64,000 nucleotides of DNA, from the NCBI GenBank assembly GCA_028023455.1, contig JAQFVV010000009.1, positions 10,230,001-10,294,000 of the forward strand, in the 5' to 3' direction. This DNA is from Epiperipatus broadwayi (taxonomy: Eukaryota; Animalia; Onychophora). Under the pieces are notes generated by a model. That model made no database searches. It saw nothing but the letters and a program-made list of their open reading frames with translations, and was not told where the DNA came from. The position numbers and the translations under genes were made by a program. Below, one piece after another: positions 40,100 through 52,941 of this stretch (the stretch's first letter is position 1; the number at the start of each line of letters is the position of its first letter).

Positions 40100-42460
40100 A
40101 TGGATTGCTAATTTTAAAAGTTATCTTACCAGGGAATTTTATTCAAGTTTAACCAAAAACCTACAGTAGAGATGGAAGTACAGGGAAAAATACCTAAAAA
40201 TATTGCCGAAGGAAAAATATTTGGAAATTGTCTTAATACAGTTTTATTTATGCTCAACCAGAGACTTAGTATTATAACTCAGAGAGATATAATTGGGACG
40301 CTATATGAAAATGTAAAAGAGAAGTTACTTGCCGTCAGAAAAAAATTATGACGCACCAATTTTACAAGGCTAATTTAAAGTTATTTTTATTCTTCTCTAT
40401 GGAAAAATTTAATATGCGTTTTATTATGTAAATGTATAATGAAGAAAGAGTATTTATCTGTGAAAAAGAGACATTATAAAAATATAGTATCAGAATTTAA
40501 AATAAAGAAAAAGTTATAGAGTAATATGAAAGAGTTATTATGTATTTTATAGAAAGGAGCCGAAAACTTTCTCTAAGAGGAATTAGAAAAATATTATAAA
40601 GTATTCAATGGAAGAAATGCTTGATTTAGAAAAGATAAAATTAAATTACTTAATGAAAATGGATCCAGGAAAACAGGAAAATTATTGAAGATTTAAATAA
40701 AGTACCCAGAAGATGCATCGGAAAAGTCGCGCGGGAAAATACTAGCAGACAATAGTAGAAGAGAATATCATGAATTAATAATTGTATACAATATTGTGAA
40801 AACCAAGGATTGTCGTCTATGAATATTTATTAAACAGAGTAGTAATTGTTTTACTTAAAATATGACATTAAGTGACTGAAGAAGAAATAAAATATTTGTT
40901 TTTTTTTAGCTTTAATATGAACGATTTTCAAGCAAGTTCGATAAAGAAGTACCGTAAATATAATTTAAATATTTTTTACTGATTATATTTAAAATATAAA
41001 ATGCTATGTGAGATTAGGGAAAACATATAAACATAATTTTAGTAATATTGAAAAATTAAATATAATAGCTTAATAGAATGATAGAAATATTGTTTTAAAA
41101 TAAAGAGTATGTATGGAAATCATATATCTACAAGAATCAATGGGATGGTGAAGCCTACAGAACGCGATCGAGAATATAAAGATCGTTTGGTAACTTTGAT
41201 ATTTATTCATAAAGCATAATGTATTTTTTTAGATCGTTTATTGATTTAGAATGATGTGTGAAAGTTTAAAAAATATGTACACATTTTATACAACATTAAA
41301 ACATATTATGAGATAGGAGTAATTTTAAATATGCATGCAATAAGTTATTTAAAGTATAATTAATAATATAATATAACAGAAAATTGTGATTCTTTTGAAC
41401 TTTCATGTTGTAAAGTATTCAAATATTTTAAAATAGTTTGTATATGATAAATATACGAGAAAAGTAGTAAAAGATTTTCTTAAAGAACAGCGGAATAGAT
41501 TTGAAATAAATGAATTTTATTATTGTTAGAAATGCAGATAGGAATTTGTCGATGTACTGTATAGAAAAATCTTGAGAAATAAGATCGGATAGTGACTTGG
41601 TAGTACTAGTGTAGAGGAAACCAAGATGATGTTTTTGTTAAGAAATAAGAAAAATAAAGTATTTGGATCATAGTTAGTTTGTGTGATTTCAGTATAGCTA
41701 ACTAAGCCCTATCACTGAACACATATATTTTGGACAGTGTTTTTGCGCATCTTTTAAACTTTTTGATGTTATATAAAGCTGAAGAAATAGCTTTAGCATC
41801 ACTCCTATAATAGAGGTGGGCAGACAGACAAAGGTCACTCCTCTATAGTGTCTTTAAATTCACTGTGCCATTATTGTCAAGGTTTATGACGGATAATATT
41901 CTAGTTATATTTTGATCCTGTGCATCTATTTTCGCTATTCTTGTTTTCGTGAATCTGCATCGTCAGAAAGATATTTTAAAAAGAATAATGAATAAAATAG
42001 AACTGAGGATATGTTATCGTTCAAGTAAGAATAGTTTATTTACTGGAGTGTGTGAGAATTGTGTAACTTTAAAAGTGAAAGTGCAAAATATCATAAAGAG
42101 AGAAAGAATCATATGATACAGTTTAAAATCAATTCGGAAATGAATATAAGATTTTTAAAAGAGAAATCTAAACAAAGTTTTTTATAAAAGTGATAATAAA
42201 ATTTTAATGTTTTTTTAAATAATATTTAGAAAATAAATATTGCATATTTATTAAGAAAATAATTCAATAATGTGTAATAGACATATATTTGTGCATGGTG
42301 TGTTAATAGTTGTAATTATCATCCGAAGTAAGGCTTAAATGAGTATATTATGATTAACAAACATCGGATAAGGAACAATCAAACTTAATACCTAATGTAG
42401 AAGAATGTTTGAATTAGTAGGATTCCATACAACCAATATAAAAAATAGAATTTTATTGTT
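40100..42460 (+). mobile_element. Very decayed Gypsy/Ty3 LTR retrotransposon pol remnant
   Basis: Motif-like remnants in Gypsy order: YNIVKTKDCRL (RT start), YEIGVIL...AISY and NADRNLS (RNase H), CENC (zinc finger), IFVHGV and VGFHTT (integrase). Many stops. A purine run AAAAGGGGGAA near 43386 could be a polypurine tract; LTRs could not be paired. Confidence 0.45.
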
Positions 42461-45400
42461 TTTTATATAATTTTTACTACGAATGTAATTTTGTAAAATT
42501 AAAAATATAATTTAAATAATAGTAGGGATACAAAGTGTTAATGATAATTATATAATAAATACATTTTTGTAACAAGCTAAACTATAATAAGAAATCCCAT
42601 AATAATAATACTATATTTTCTTAAGCATTTAAAAGATAAGAGTTAACTAGAAAAAATAAGTAGAAGTTTGATTTCAAATTTATAAACTAGTAAAATAATT
42701 TTGTGATAGGAGAGTAAGGATATCCATGTACATAATGTAAAATATTGTTATTTGTTTATGTTATTAATAAACTTTGTTGTAAATTTATTTTAAAGCTTTG
42801 TGTCTTCGTTGTTATTTCTCCACATGGATGCATGATATCACAATACATTTATAATTGAAACAGACATATAGTTTTGCACAAAAAGGTAAACCTAAAGTGT
42901 TATAATAATTTTGAAAATTTATTTGTATGATAAAATTAAAAGATCATAATTATATCATTTATTGGTCATAAGTCGGTTGCCACCATATTACATTAAAATA
43001 TATGCTATTGTTGCCACACGTATTCTGTTGTCAGATTATTAAAATACTACCACGTACGTAATTATTTATTTCATTTAGGAAGTAATAAGATTATATTATA
43101 CTATTGTGGTTATTATTATTATTTATTATTGTTAGTTACTGCGTAGTGAATTTATGACATAAAATTCCCTTTTCATAGTTTACTACCGTAATTTTAAATC
43201 AGTTAGAGTACAATTTATGAACCTGAGATTTTATTTTATTTTATTTATTCTATTTATTTACTTAATTTTATTTAATTGAGCTAGATTCTTATTATAAAGC
43301 ATATTAAGATATGATGATTATTTTATCGTAGTGAAAAGAGCTTAGAAAGTCATAAGAATACTATAGGTTAGTTATTTAGTATAGTAAAAGGGGGAATAGT
43401 ATTCTTATGCCATTGAGGTAGTATCATGTGGATAATATCTCAATGTAGTCTATCTCGTTCCCCGTATCGTCACTCCATGTCTCATGAAAATAATAAATAT
43501 TTGTTAATTCATTTTTTTAGAAATATAACCGTATTTGTATTTTAAAAATTAGAGCTAGTAATCATTTTAATTAATGCTGGATATTTCTTTTTTTTATTTG
43601 TTAAACTGAGCTAGAACCCGTTAAAAAAAATTTTAAACAGTATATAAAAATTTTGTATGTGGACGGACGAAAACGGTGGGGGGAGAGGTTAGAATATATA
43701 TATATATGTGTGTGTGTGTGTGTAAGAGATAATGATCTGTCCAAGAGATGAATGCTTGTTTGGTATGAAATACATATATTGGAGATCATTTATCTTTTTC
43801 ACATGTGTGTTGTTATGTGTATTGGTTGTATGAGATAGAGCAGATAACTAAAAGGAGTTTGAAAGTCTGTGTTCAAGTTTCCTATGGTTAGATATGATAA
43901 CTTGTATGACATTTACATTTAAGCATTGATGGCAGAATACAATGTTTTATTCAAATGTGAATAGCCATTTCTCCCATCCTCGTTTTTCACTGTTTTTAGT
44001 CATAAAAATATTTATTGTACTCACTAGAAAATTAAATTTATTCTGAATTTATACTGGACTATAAAAAAAAAGTAAAATTTTGCAATTTATCAGCTTAGGT
44101 CTGCAGGAAGTTGTTTCATATAAAAGTATCATTTTATAATGCTGCAGTTGAATGAGAGGTAATTTTTGATATATTGCTACTGCTTACAAATTATATCTGA
44201 TTAGTACTAATCTGAACATTATGTAGACATTTGAACTGAGTACCATATAAATCATTATTTTGTTCATATATTTTATAATATTTTTATTATTTTTATATAT
44301 AATTTTAATGGGGAGGGTGTCAAGATGCATTATATAATGGTGGTAACAATGTCTTTATATTTTCACAACATATTTTTAATTAAAATTAGACTCTTTATTA
44401 AGATGCAAATGAATCCAGTAAAGAGTGGCTGTGAATGAAGTTAAAATATCTCCTATATAACATGAAGAATGTGTGTTAATGAAGTTATATAATTCTTATT
44501 TGACTATAATTACATTAAGTAAAATATATTTATAGTTAACTTATTATTAGAGTTACCAAATCATTTTGGCCTTGATCTAGTTTTTGTTATATGTAGTTAA
44601 TGAGATTTGAGTGTAGTCTATACAATGCTAGGTGGAAATAGATATATGCATCAGTTTCCTCTATTGCTTTAATCAAGTGTCTGAATTTGATTTATCCCCA
44701 TATATTTGTTTCTCTATTTTTTTTTTATCTAATTAGATAAATTGTTGTAATGTGAGAGAACAAATAATTTTGATATATATAATGATTTTTTGTTTGAGAG
44801 ATCAAATAAAATTTGTGCACCAGAAGTAACTTAATTAATCACAATCCATGAATCTTGGGCTCCCTAAACTAAGAAGAGCATTTTGATAAAGAAAAATAGT
44901 TTAAGAAAGCTTTCTTTGTGAAAATAATTCTTACTAATGATGGTATTTTAAAAACAACAGTTTTCACTAATAAAAACTTTCCAAAAAATGTTATGAAAAA
45001 ATTTATCAAATCGATTGTTTTCATAAAATATTTTTATAATTTTCAAAACTGAGGAAACTCAAACAAAAATTTGTAAGTTCAATTAGTATCTCAATTGTTA
45101 AAAAAAAAAAAAGTGATTTAAAATTCGTATTAATTATCTGTGAAAGAGAATAATTTATGCCATAGCAACAATTTCAAAAATATTTGAAAATAATGCAAAA
45201 TTTTAAATCATTTTGTAAAAATGAAAATAAAAAAATAAGAATGTGAAAAGAAAATGTTTTGTTATGAAGCTATACGTCAGTATTTATCAATTAACAATTT
45301 TTAAATTCATCATTATGAAAGCCACCAGTCATCTAATATAAATAGGCAAAGATGAAAAAGTCAAAAGAATAAGGAAGTTGTTCATGTGATAATGTAAAAT

Positions 45401-47721
45401 GACTGTAAATCAGTTTAGTATGATAATCTGTAATATTTGGAAATCTCATTAACTTTGCTCTTGAAAAGTGAAAAAATAAAGAAATTGGGATGATCCTCAT
45501 GAGTAAGAATATAATATTCTGCAGACTGTTGCATTTAGCAAATAATCTAGTTGGTTAGAGTGCCACTTTAATTTCAATATTCATAAATCTAAAGCTAATT
45601 TCCATACTAGAACTGTCATTCATTATCAGGCAGGTAAGACTTGAAGTAGAGAAAAGAATAACAGCATTTGAAATGCTGTGATCTATACTAACCTGTGTTT
45701 TATTACTAATAGTTGAATAATATTTTGAAAAATATAAATAAAATTTGAATTTTTTAAAATCATTTAACAATTCAACTAAATATTAGAAAAAGTCTGACAT
45801 ATAATTATATATAAAATACTATCATCACAACTTTTAGCCTGCAATGGTTACAAATGATGTATCATACAATTTTTACATGTCTTGGTTTCCTAGAATTTTA
45901 TTAATTAAACAGGTGTCTGATTTAGCACCTTTATAAGTATATCTGTATTTTTAAAAAAGAAGAAGAAGAATTAGAATGAATTTTGCTTGTATTGTGTAAG
46001 TATTTATATCTTTTGTTTTGCATTTGCGGTAATTTTATTTCTCCATTTTTTTGCACTTGGGATGGTTATGTGTTTCTACTTTTTTTTTAAATAGAAATAT
46101 TATATATTTTTTTGTAAGTAATGCATAAAATTATTTTTAGTTGGTTTACTTATTTTAAATGCCCATTTGAAACCTTATTTATATAATAACTCTTTTCTTA
46201 TGGATAATATTAGATACTGGCAGTAGTGATTACATTAAAAAAATGTTGTAAGCCTTGAAATATGTGCAGTAAATATTCCAGTCTGAAATAAATCATTTAA
46301 AATTTTTTTAAACTGTTTTATTTAATTTAGAACCTGAATTATATCATAAAATAACATTTTTTTCATGAAATGTATCAGATAACTGATTATAGTATTAGTT
46401 CTATAAAACATATTTCAGGTTAATAATGTCTCTATAATTAATAATCTTTGAATTCAAACTGTAATAAAATCTTATGCACTTATCAAATTAAACATATTAC
46501 AATGGAGATTTTAAATATTTGATGGTCTTTGGGATATCATTTTTTTTAAGATTCAATATATTAGTGACCATATGGATAAATTTTTATCTGTATGATTTCC
46601 TTTTGTTAACTGTTTAGATCCTTTGATTAAATATGACTTTTGTGATGCCTATTGATTTTATACTCCCATGAAAGGATTTTTACTGCTAGAATACAAAATC
46701 ATTCAAAACTGCAAAATTTTAGAGCAACTATAAATTGTATATCACAATTCTATTTAATTGATATATACATATATTTACCAATACTTTAAAAGTTATTGTT
46801 ACTATATTGGTTCAAAAAATCTGCATTTACAACAAAAACTATATTAACAACATTAATTCAGCTTAGACCCAAGCCAGGTCCCAGAAAGATTATCATCATT
46901 ATCTTGTGCATAATAATTGTTGATAAGTTTTCATTCACATTAATCATTAGAGGTAGGCAGTTGATATGCTAAAGATCTATTCTTGTTCAATTGATTATAC
47001 CATTCATAAATATGGTACATACAACTTTGATAGATTGGATCATGCTTATGTAAACCACGTAATAGTCATGGCCATATGTTTCTACTTTTGCGTATAGTGA
47101 TAAGGATCAATATGACATTGTACTTTTCAGTAAAAATCACAAATGACTAAAGTAATGGAAGTCTGTCTAATTCTCCATACATCAAGCAAGTTATCTGTGG
47201 TCCATTTCTTTAGAGAATCTGGAAACATTTCACTTTTATTTTGTATCTATATCAACCATACAACAGTATTTATAGTATTTTTCAAATATTTTGATAATGA
47301 AGAAAACTTGCCTGTCTGAAGAACGTATTAAATTAATTAAAAGGAATATGCTGTTTATTAAATTTTTCAAAAATAAAAATATTTAAAATATCTAGCAAAA
47401 AATGAAAAACTGATGAATATCAAAGTTTTAAATTTAATGATGATATATAATATTTTTTAAAAGAACATTGCCATGACATTATGTATCTTAACATAAGAAA
47501 TATATTAAATTAAAACATGAAATAATGACTCATTATGAATAGATATAATTTCATTGTTGACCTAAATATTTTTCCATTTATTCATTGTTTACATGTTAAA
47601 TAATATGTAAGATATTACCTTTAAATACATAAAATTAATTAAAAATTAACATACACATAACATTAAATAACTTTAAAGATTTAAAATAATCATTAATCTA
47701 TTACATCATAAATTTTATTAA

Positions 47722-48105
47722 TTCATCACCATCATTTTCAACAATTATTGATCCATTGCAGGATAAAGATTTCTCCAAGTTCAATCGATCTTCTCTGATC
47801 TCTAGCCTCTCTTTTCCACATCACCCAAGCACCCTTCATTATTTCATCCATCCATCTCACATGCAGTTTTTTTTTCTAGGTCTTTTATATATCTTAGAAT
47901 CCAGTTTAAGATTTCAACTGTCCATCTATTATCATCTTTTCTAGCAATATGCCTAACCCAACTCTACTTTAAACTCAGAATTCTTTCAATAATGTCAATA
48001 ACACCTGTTTGTTCTTTCACCCATATATTTCATTTTTCAATGTCTTCTTGTTATCCTTAACATAGATCTCGATTCTTCATTGAGTGGTCTAAAGTATCTG
48101 TATTG
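47722..48105 (-). mobile_element. RTE 3' fragment
   Basis: Reverse complement reads GGAAAAGAGAGGCTAGAGATCAGAGAAGATCGATTGAACTTGGAGA, matching 1155-1200. Confidence 0.8.
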
Positions 48106-48746
48106 CTCTTATGTTAAATGTTCAAAAAAGTTTAATTAATATATATTTTTTTTTAAAAAAATCAATCAATCATTGTATAGAATATATAAGTTTCAAGATC
48201 CAACATCTTTCTTTCTATGGAGTAATTTTCTTATATAAATATCAAACAATGATAAGTCATTATTAAAGAATGCCATTATTGTATTGATGTAGGAAATTAG
48301 TGATACTTTCTGGAAGCTAATGAAAGATGTTGTGTCTTAAAACATATCTATCTAGAAGAATATATGGTTAAAATATTATAATAATGTCATATATTGGCTG
48401 GAAATTTCTGTTTATATCCATTTCTAATTATACTTGATTTATTTAAAGATTATATGTAATGATTTTAATTTATTTGAAATATTAATAAATATGAATTTAT
48501 TCAAATTTGTTTTTACTATTGATTGCTATTATGAAGAATGCTTTAAAGGACTGCTTTTGTTATGTATTCACATTTTAACAACTCTGTCTTTAATATTTGT
48601 ATAATAATGACATTACCATAATAAAATGGAAAATTAACACTCCATAGCAACTAATGAAGGTTGTTAAAATATATAAATTCTGCAGAACTGTTGATTTATT
48701 TTTTATATTATATGTTAATTGAATGAATGATTTAATAGGTGTCTGA

Positions 48747-49735
48747 TTGGCTAACAACTTTAATGTTGTTTGCTGTAATTGTGCTTACATGATAATGTGG
48801 CTGTTAGCCATAAGTATTCATATCAAATCTACTTTTAATGTTATCTTAAAATTTATCAAGTAAATTTTTTTTATAATGTAAATTAATCTTATTTTAAAAA
48901 TAATAATCTGGGTAAAAGGAGTTGTCTGCAATACAAAAAGATTTGGGATATATAACTGAAGGTATTGGGGAAAAAAATTAAATATGATAAAGTAAATGAA
49001 TTATGTTATAATTGTTTAAAATTTTGTTGCTAAAATGTCATCTGAACTTCCAAGTTTCTTATCAGTGTCTAAAAAGAAACCATAAACTGATTGTAGAAAT
49101 GGGAAAACAATTATTTTGTCATTTAATAATAATTGATTGCTTTATGATTATCTAAGATTATATAGTGAAGATATCTGGTCATTATTATGTAGATCTTTAA
49201 TTTGCTTTTGAAAAAAAAAATGATTTGATTGCAACTAATAGATAATGTTGGCTAGAAAATTTAATGTTATTTGCTGTAGTTGTGCTTATGTGATAATGTA
49301 TGTGTTAACCATAAGTAATTATATCAAATCTACTACATGTTATCTTAAAATTTATAATGTAAATTATTTTTATGATGCGAATGGGTCTTATTTTGAAAAA
49401 GTAGTCTGGATAATAAGCCTTTTTATTATAAAAAAAGTTGTCTAAATAAAAAAAGATTTGGAATAAGTTTATAATTGAAAATATTGAAAAAAAAAAGTAT
49501 GAACTAAATAAACTATGTTGTGTCATTTAACATTTTGATTCTAAAATGTTATCGGACTGCCCAAGCTTCATATCAGTTGCTAAAAAGAAATCTGAAACAA
49601 TAATTGTTTTGTTGTTTGATAATAATTGACTGCTTTTTAATTATCTAAGATTATCAATGAAGATCTCTGATCATTAATATATAGATCTTTAATTTGCTTT
49701 TAAAAATAAAAAAAGATTTGATAGCCATGAATAAA
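48747..49735. repeat. Two diverged tandem copies of a ~501-bp AT-rich unit
   Basis: TTGGCTA...TTTAATGTT.TTTGCTGTA.TTGTGCTTA starts at 48747 and 49248; both copies end AGATCTTTAATTTGCTTTT. Confidence 0.8.
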
Positions 49736-49914
49736 TAATCCCTTTGTTATAATAATCCTTCTATAAAAAATGTCACTATGGGAACACAAAATTCTTATAT
49801 CTAAGAAGTGTAAAAGTTATTATTATTATTATTATTATTATTATTTTGAGACTTATGGATTCATTAGTCTGGACACCAAGATTGATTATGGAAATTCTGG
49901 ACATTATGATTGAC

Positions 49915-50746
49915 AGCCATGTTTTTTTTATATTATATATTTTCAGTGGCATAGTTATCTCACAATCCCAATAAATATGTTTTACTTGTTAATATTAAGC
50001 AATAAATCCATTATAAATTCCTGTTAACTTTAATAAATAGCAATAAATGTATTATAAATTCCATTCACAGAAATAGCAAAAAATTACAACAATAAATTTT
50101 AAATAACAAATAAATTTAATAATTCAAGCTGCAGGAATTTAAAAAAACAAAACAAAACAAAAAGTGACTAATGTGGCAAATGTTGATGGTCTGAAATCCC
50201 CAATGGCCTAAAATCACCACAATTTTTTTGTGTGTGTGCATGCATTATCACATAAATTCTGATAAATAGGTTGGATGTGTTATTGTACAGTTTCCTGATA
50301 CTTCTTATTCCACATTTGGCTAGACCCCACAGTCATTCAAAGTTTTGTGTATGCACCCCTGAATGTGAATCCATGAAATTATATTGGTGATTGACTTTTA
50401 AATGTTCAAAACTGGAATGGCATAAATCATCTCTTTTATATGCCTTCCAGCAATCCAAATAAATGGATAGATCTATCAGCCATATTTTCTTTAACAGCAT
50501 CCAAAAGAATAATAGCTGTTCTCCCAGTGATTACAAATCATTCGCAAGCCACTCAATAACCATTGCTATGGAAGTAAATTACATCTTGTGAATAGAATTT
50601 ATAATACATTTATTGGTATTTATTAAAGTTAACAGGAATTTATAATCAATATACTGATATTTTTTAATATTAAAAAATAAAAGATATTTATTATGCTTAT
50701 GGGATAACTATGCTTATGAAAATGTATAATAAAAAAAAACATAGCT
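49915..50746 (-). mobile_element. Merlin (IS1016/IS1595-like) DNA transposon, internal-deletion derivative with long TIRs
   Basis: Imperfect TIRs of roughly 150-170 bp with a perfect 30-bp match (50010-50039 and 50617-50646). The minus strand reads DCWKAY (50438-50455), HLKVNHQYNFMDSHSGVHTQNFE*LWGLAK and TYLSEFM*. Confidence 0.82.
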
Positions 50747-52673
50747 TTGGTAAAATGACTGTGAATCACATACCTGAAAAAGTTCTGATTGGAATCCAAG
50801 GTCATGAAAATAACAGGCAAGTTCAATTACTCATAAAACTATGATTTTTGAATAATAATCATGTAAAATAAATTGTTTGTAATGTTCAGTAAATTTAAAG
50901 GATTGAAATTTTAAATGCAAATTTTAGATGAAAATTTACTTTTTTTTTTTTTTTTGGAGAAATATATATATTTTAACATTAAGCGTCAAAATTATTATAA
51001 ATAATGTGTTTATTTGATTAATATTTATTATAACTTTTTAAAAATAAGTTGCATGGATTTTTATATCATCTTTTTCTAAGTGTCGGCTACCTAAGAAGCA
51101 TAGCTCATTAGGGAATAATTATTCAAAATGATTTAAAAATCAAAGGGAACTTAACATTTTTTAAAAAATAAATAAATAAATGGCTTAAATTAGCAACAAT
51201 AACAAAAAAATTAATTTCTTACATTTTTGTAATAATCCCCCTTTCCGCTGTATTATTTTTTTTAAGAATTCATTTTTTATTAAATGTCTATTTAAAAATT
51301 CACTTTACATTATTTTAGATTTAAATCTGCAGTAACACATGTTTCTTTTAACACTTTTTTTTTACATTATAGTTTGTGAGATTGTCAGAAACGACTATTA
51401 ATTCTAGTTTGCTGTCAATCTTTTTATAGATTCAAATCCTTTATTATAGAGTGAAATGTAATTTGATAAGAGAAAGGGATACGATGCACTGAAAGAAAAA
51501 AAACGGTACGAGGGTCATCTAGCATAACATGAGCATGTGCCATTAATAAAATAATTATTTTATTAGTAAAGATAAACTGCAGACTCGGCATCTATTATCT
51601 CCCTACTAATGGTAAAGAAGCATCATATTACAAACGTATTTTTCGTTTTTACAGTCGGTGCGTCAGCATTCATTTGGTCAAACTAGACATCATTTTGGAA
51701 CTATAAATTGAAAGGTCTGATGTTGTATCACAACAATGGGCAAAATACAGCTCCCAATGTTACTCTGTACAACATCCAAGACGATAATATGGATATTAGT
51801 TTTCATTGGCATTTTTTCTAAACGTATGTATTAATAATGTATAATAATATAGTATATACCAATGTCAGAATATTTTATTTTTTAAATACTTTAAACTTAA
51901 TAAAAAAATCTATAGTTTGAAACTTAAATTTTTTTAACTATTATTAACATGCATTTTATTATCATATTTGTTTGATATAAAGTACTTAGATATTTGATAG
52001 CCTGTGTCATTCCTACCAAAATTAGTTCCAAAAGTCACTACTACAGCTTTTTAACATCTAAAAGTGCATAAAACATATTATATGTGGCTTTTATTAAAAA
52101 GAATATCCAATTCTAGGATATCATTTAGTATATTTTTCTGACTTAAATACCATGTCTAATTATAGCTCTCAAATGCATTCTATCCTCCATCATATTTTCT
52201 CAGTGAAAATAAACAGCATTACACTTGTTTAGGTTTGAAATAAGCTTTCCAATGAAAACAAGGTTTACCTCTCCCATGAAAATCATATTTAACTTCACTA
52301 TATGTTTTGTATTCTTCAGTTTCATATGTCCAATCCAATGAATGCAATTTCATAATAGTAAATTCTATAGTATTACAGACAACAAGGTAAAGAACATATT
52401 GATTGATATTTTGATCCTGTAATTGTGTATTTTTAGAATTTTACAGAGTATTTTTTGGTGAACTTTTTTTAATATCTTTACATTACATCGATAAAGGGAC
52501 TGATCCCATTTTCATATGATAAATTTGTTAAAATAACAGTTCTTCACTATGCAGCTAATTTAGTTACAGTAATAATTTCATCATGCTAAATGCCCTATCT
52601 TTTAACTTGTTAAAGCAATAGCAGAACATTGGAGTCTTAAACCATCAAACATCACAAGCTGTTTTTCACAAAG

Positions 52674-52941
52674 GCAAAACTCTCCATACAGTAGCGCCAC
52701 TCAATGCAAGCCAGAGTAATCAATTGTTGCAGGAAGATTTGTGCATAAAATCCCTATCTAGTGCCTAAGTTACAAGCTAGAAACTAGTCTGGAATTATTG
52801 GGTGAGTGCGGTACAAACTAGAAACTAGTCTGGAATTGTTGGGCGAGTAGGCACTAGATATGGATTTTATGCACAAACCTTTCTACATCCATTGATTATT
52901 CTGGCTTGCACTGAATGGCGCTAATATATGGAGAGTTTTGC
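52674..52941. mobile_element. Fold-back remnant of the 457-bp hammerhead family
   Basis: Arms 52674-52767 and 52848-52941 share GCAAAACTCTCCATA, GAGTAATCAAT and TGTGCATAAAATCCCTATCTA with the 17.8-19.9 kb unit. The loop contains AGAAACTAGTCTGG twice (52779 and 52820). Confidence 0.85.

Noticed and set aside
41940-41970. Minus-strand CTGACGA...GAAA
   Set aside because: No stem II, stem III or stem I pairing; lies within the putative Gypsy relic.
51507-51530. TACGAGGGTC mariner-like terminus
   Set aside because: No matching second TIR or transposase remnant was found nearby.
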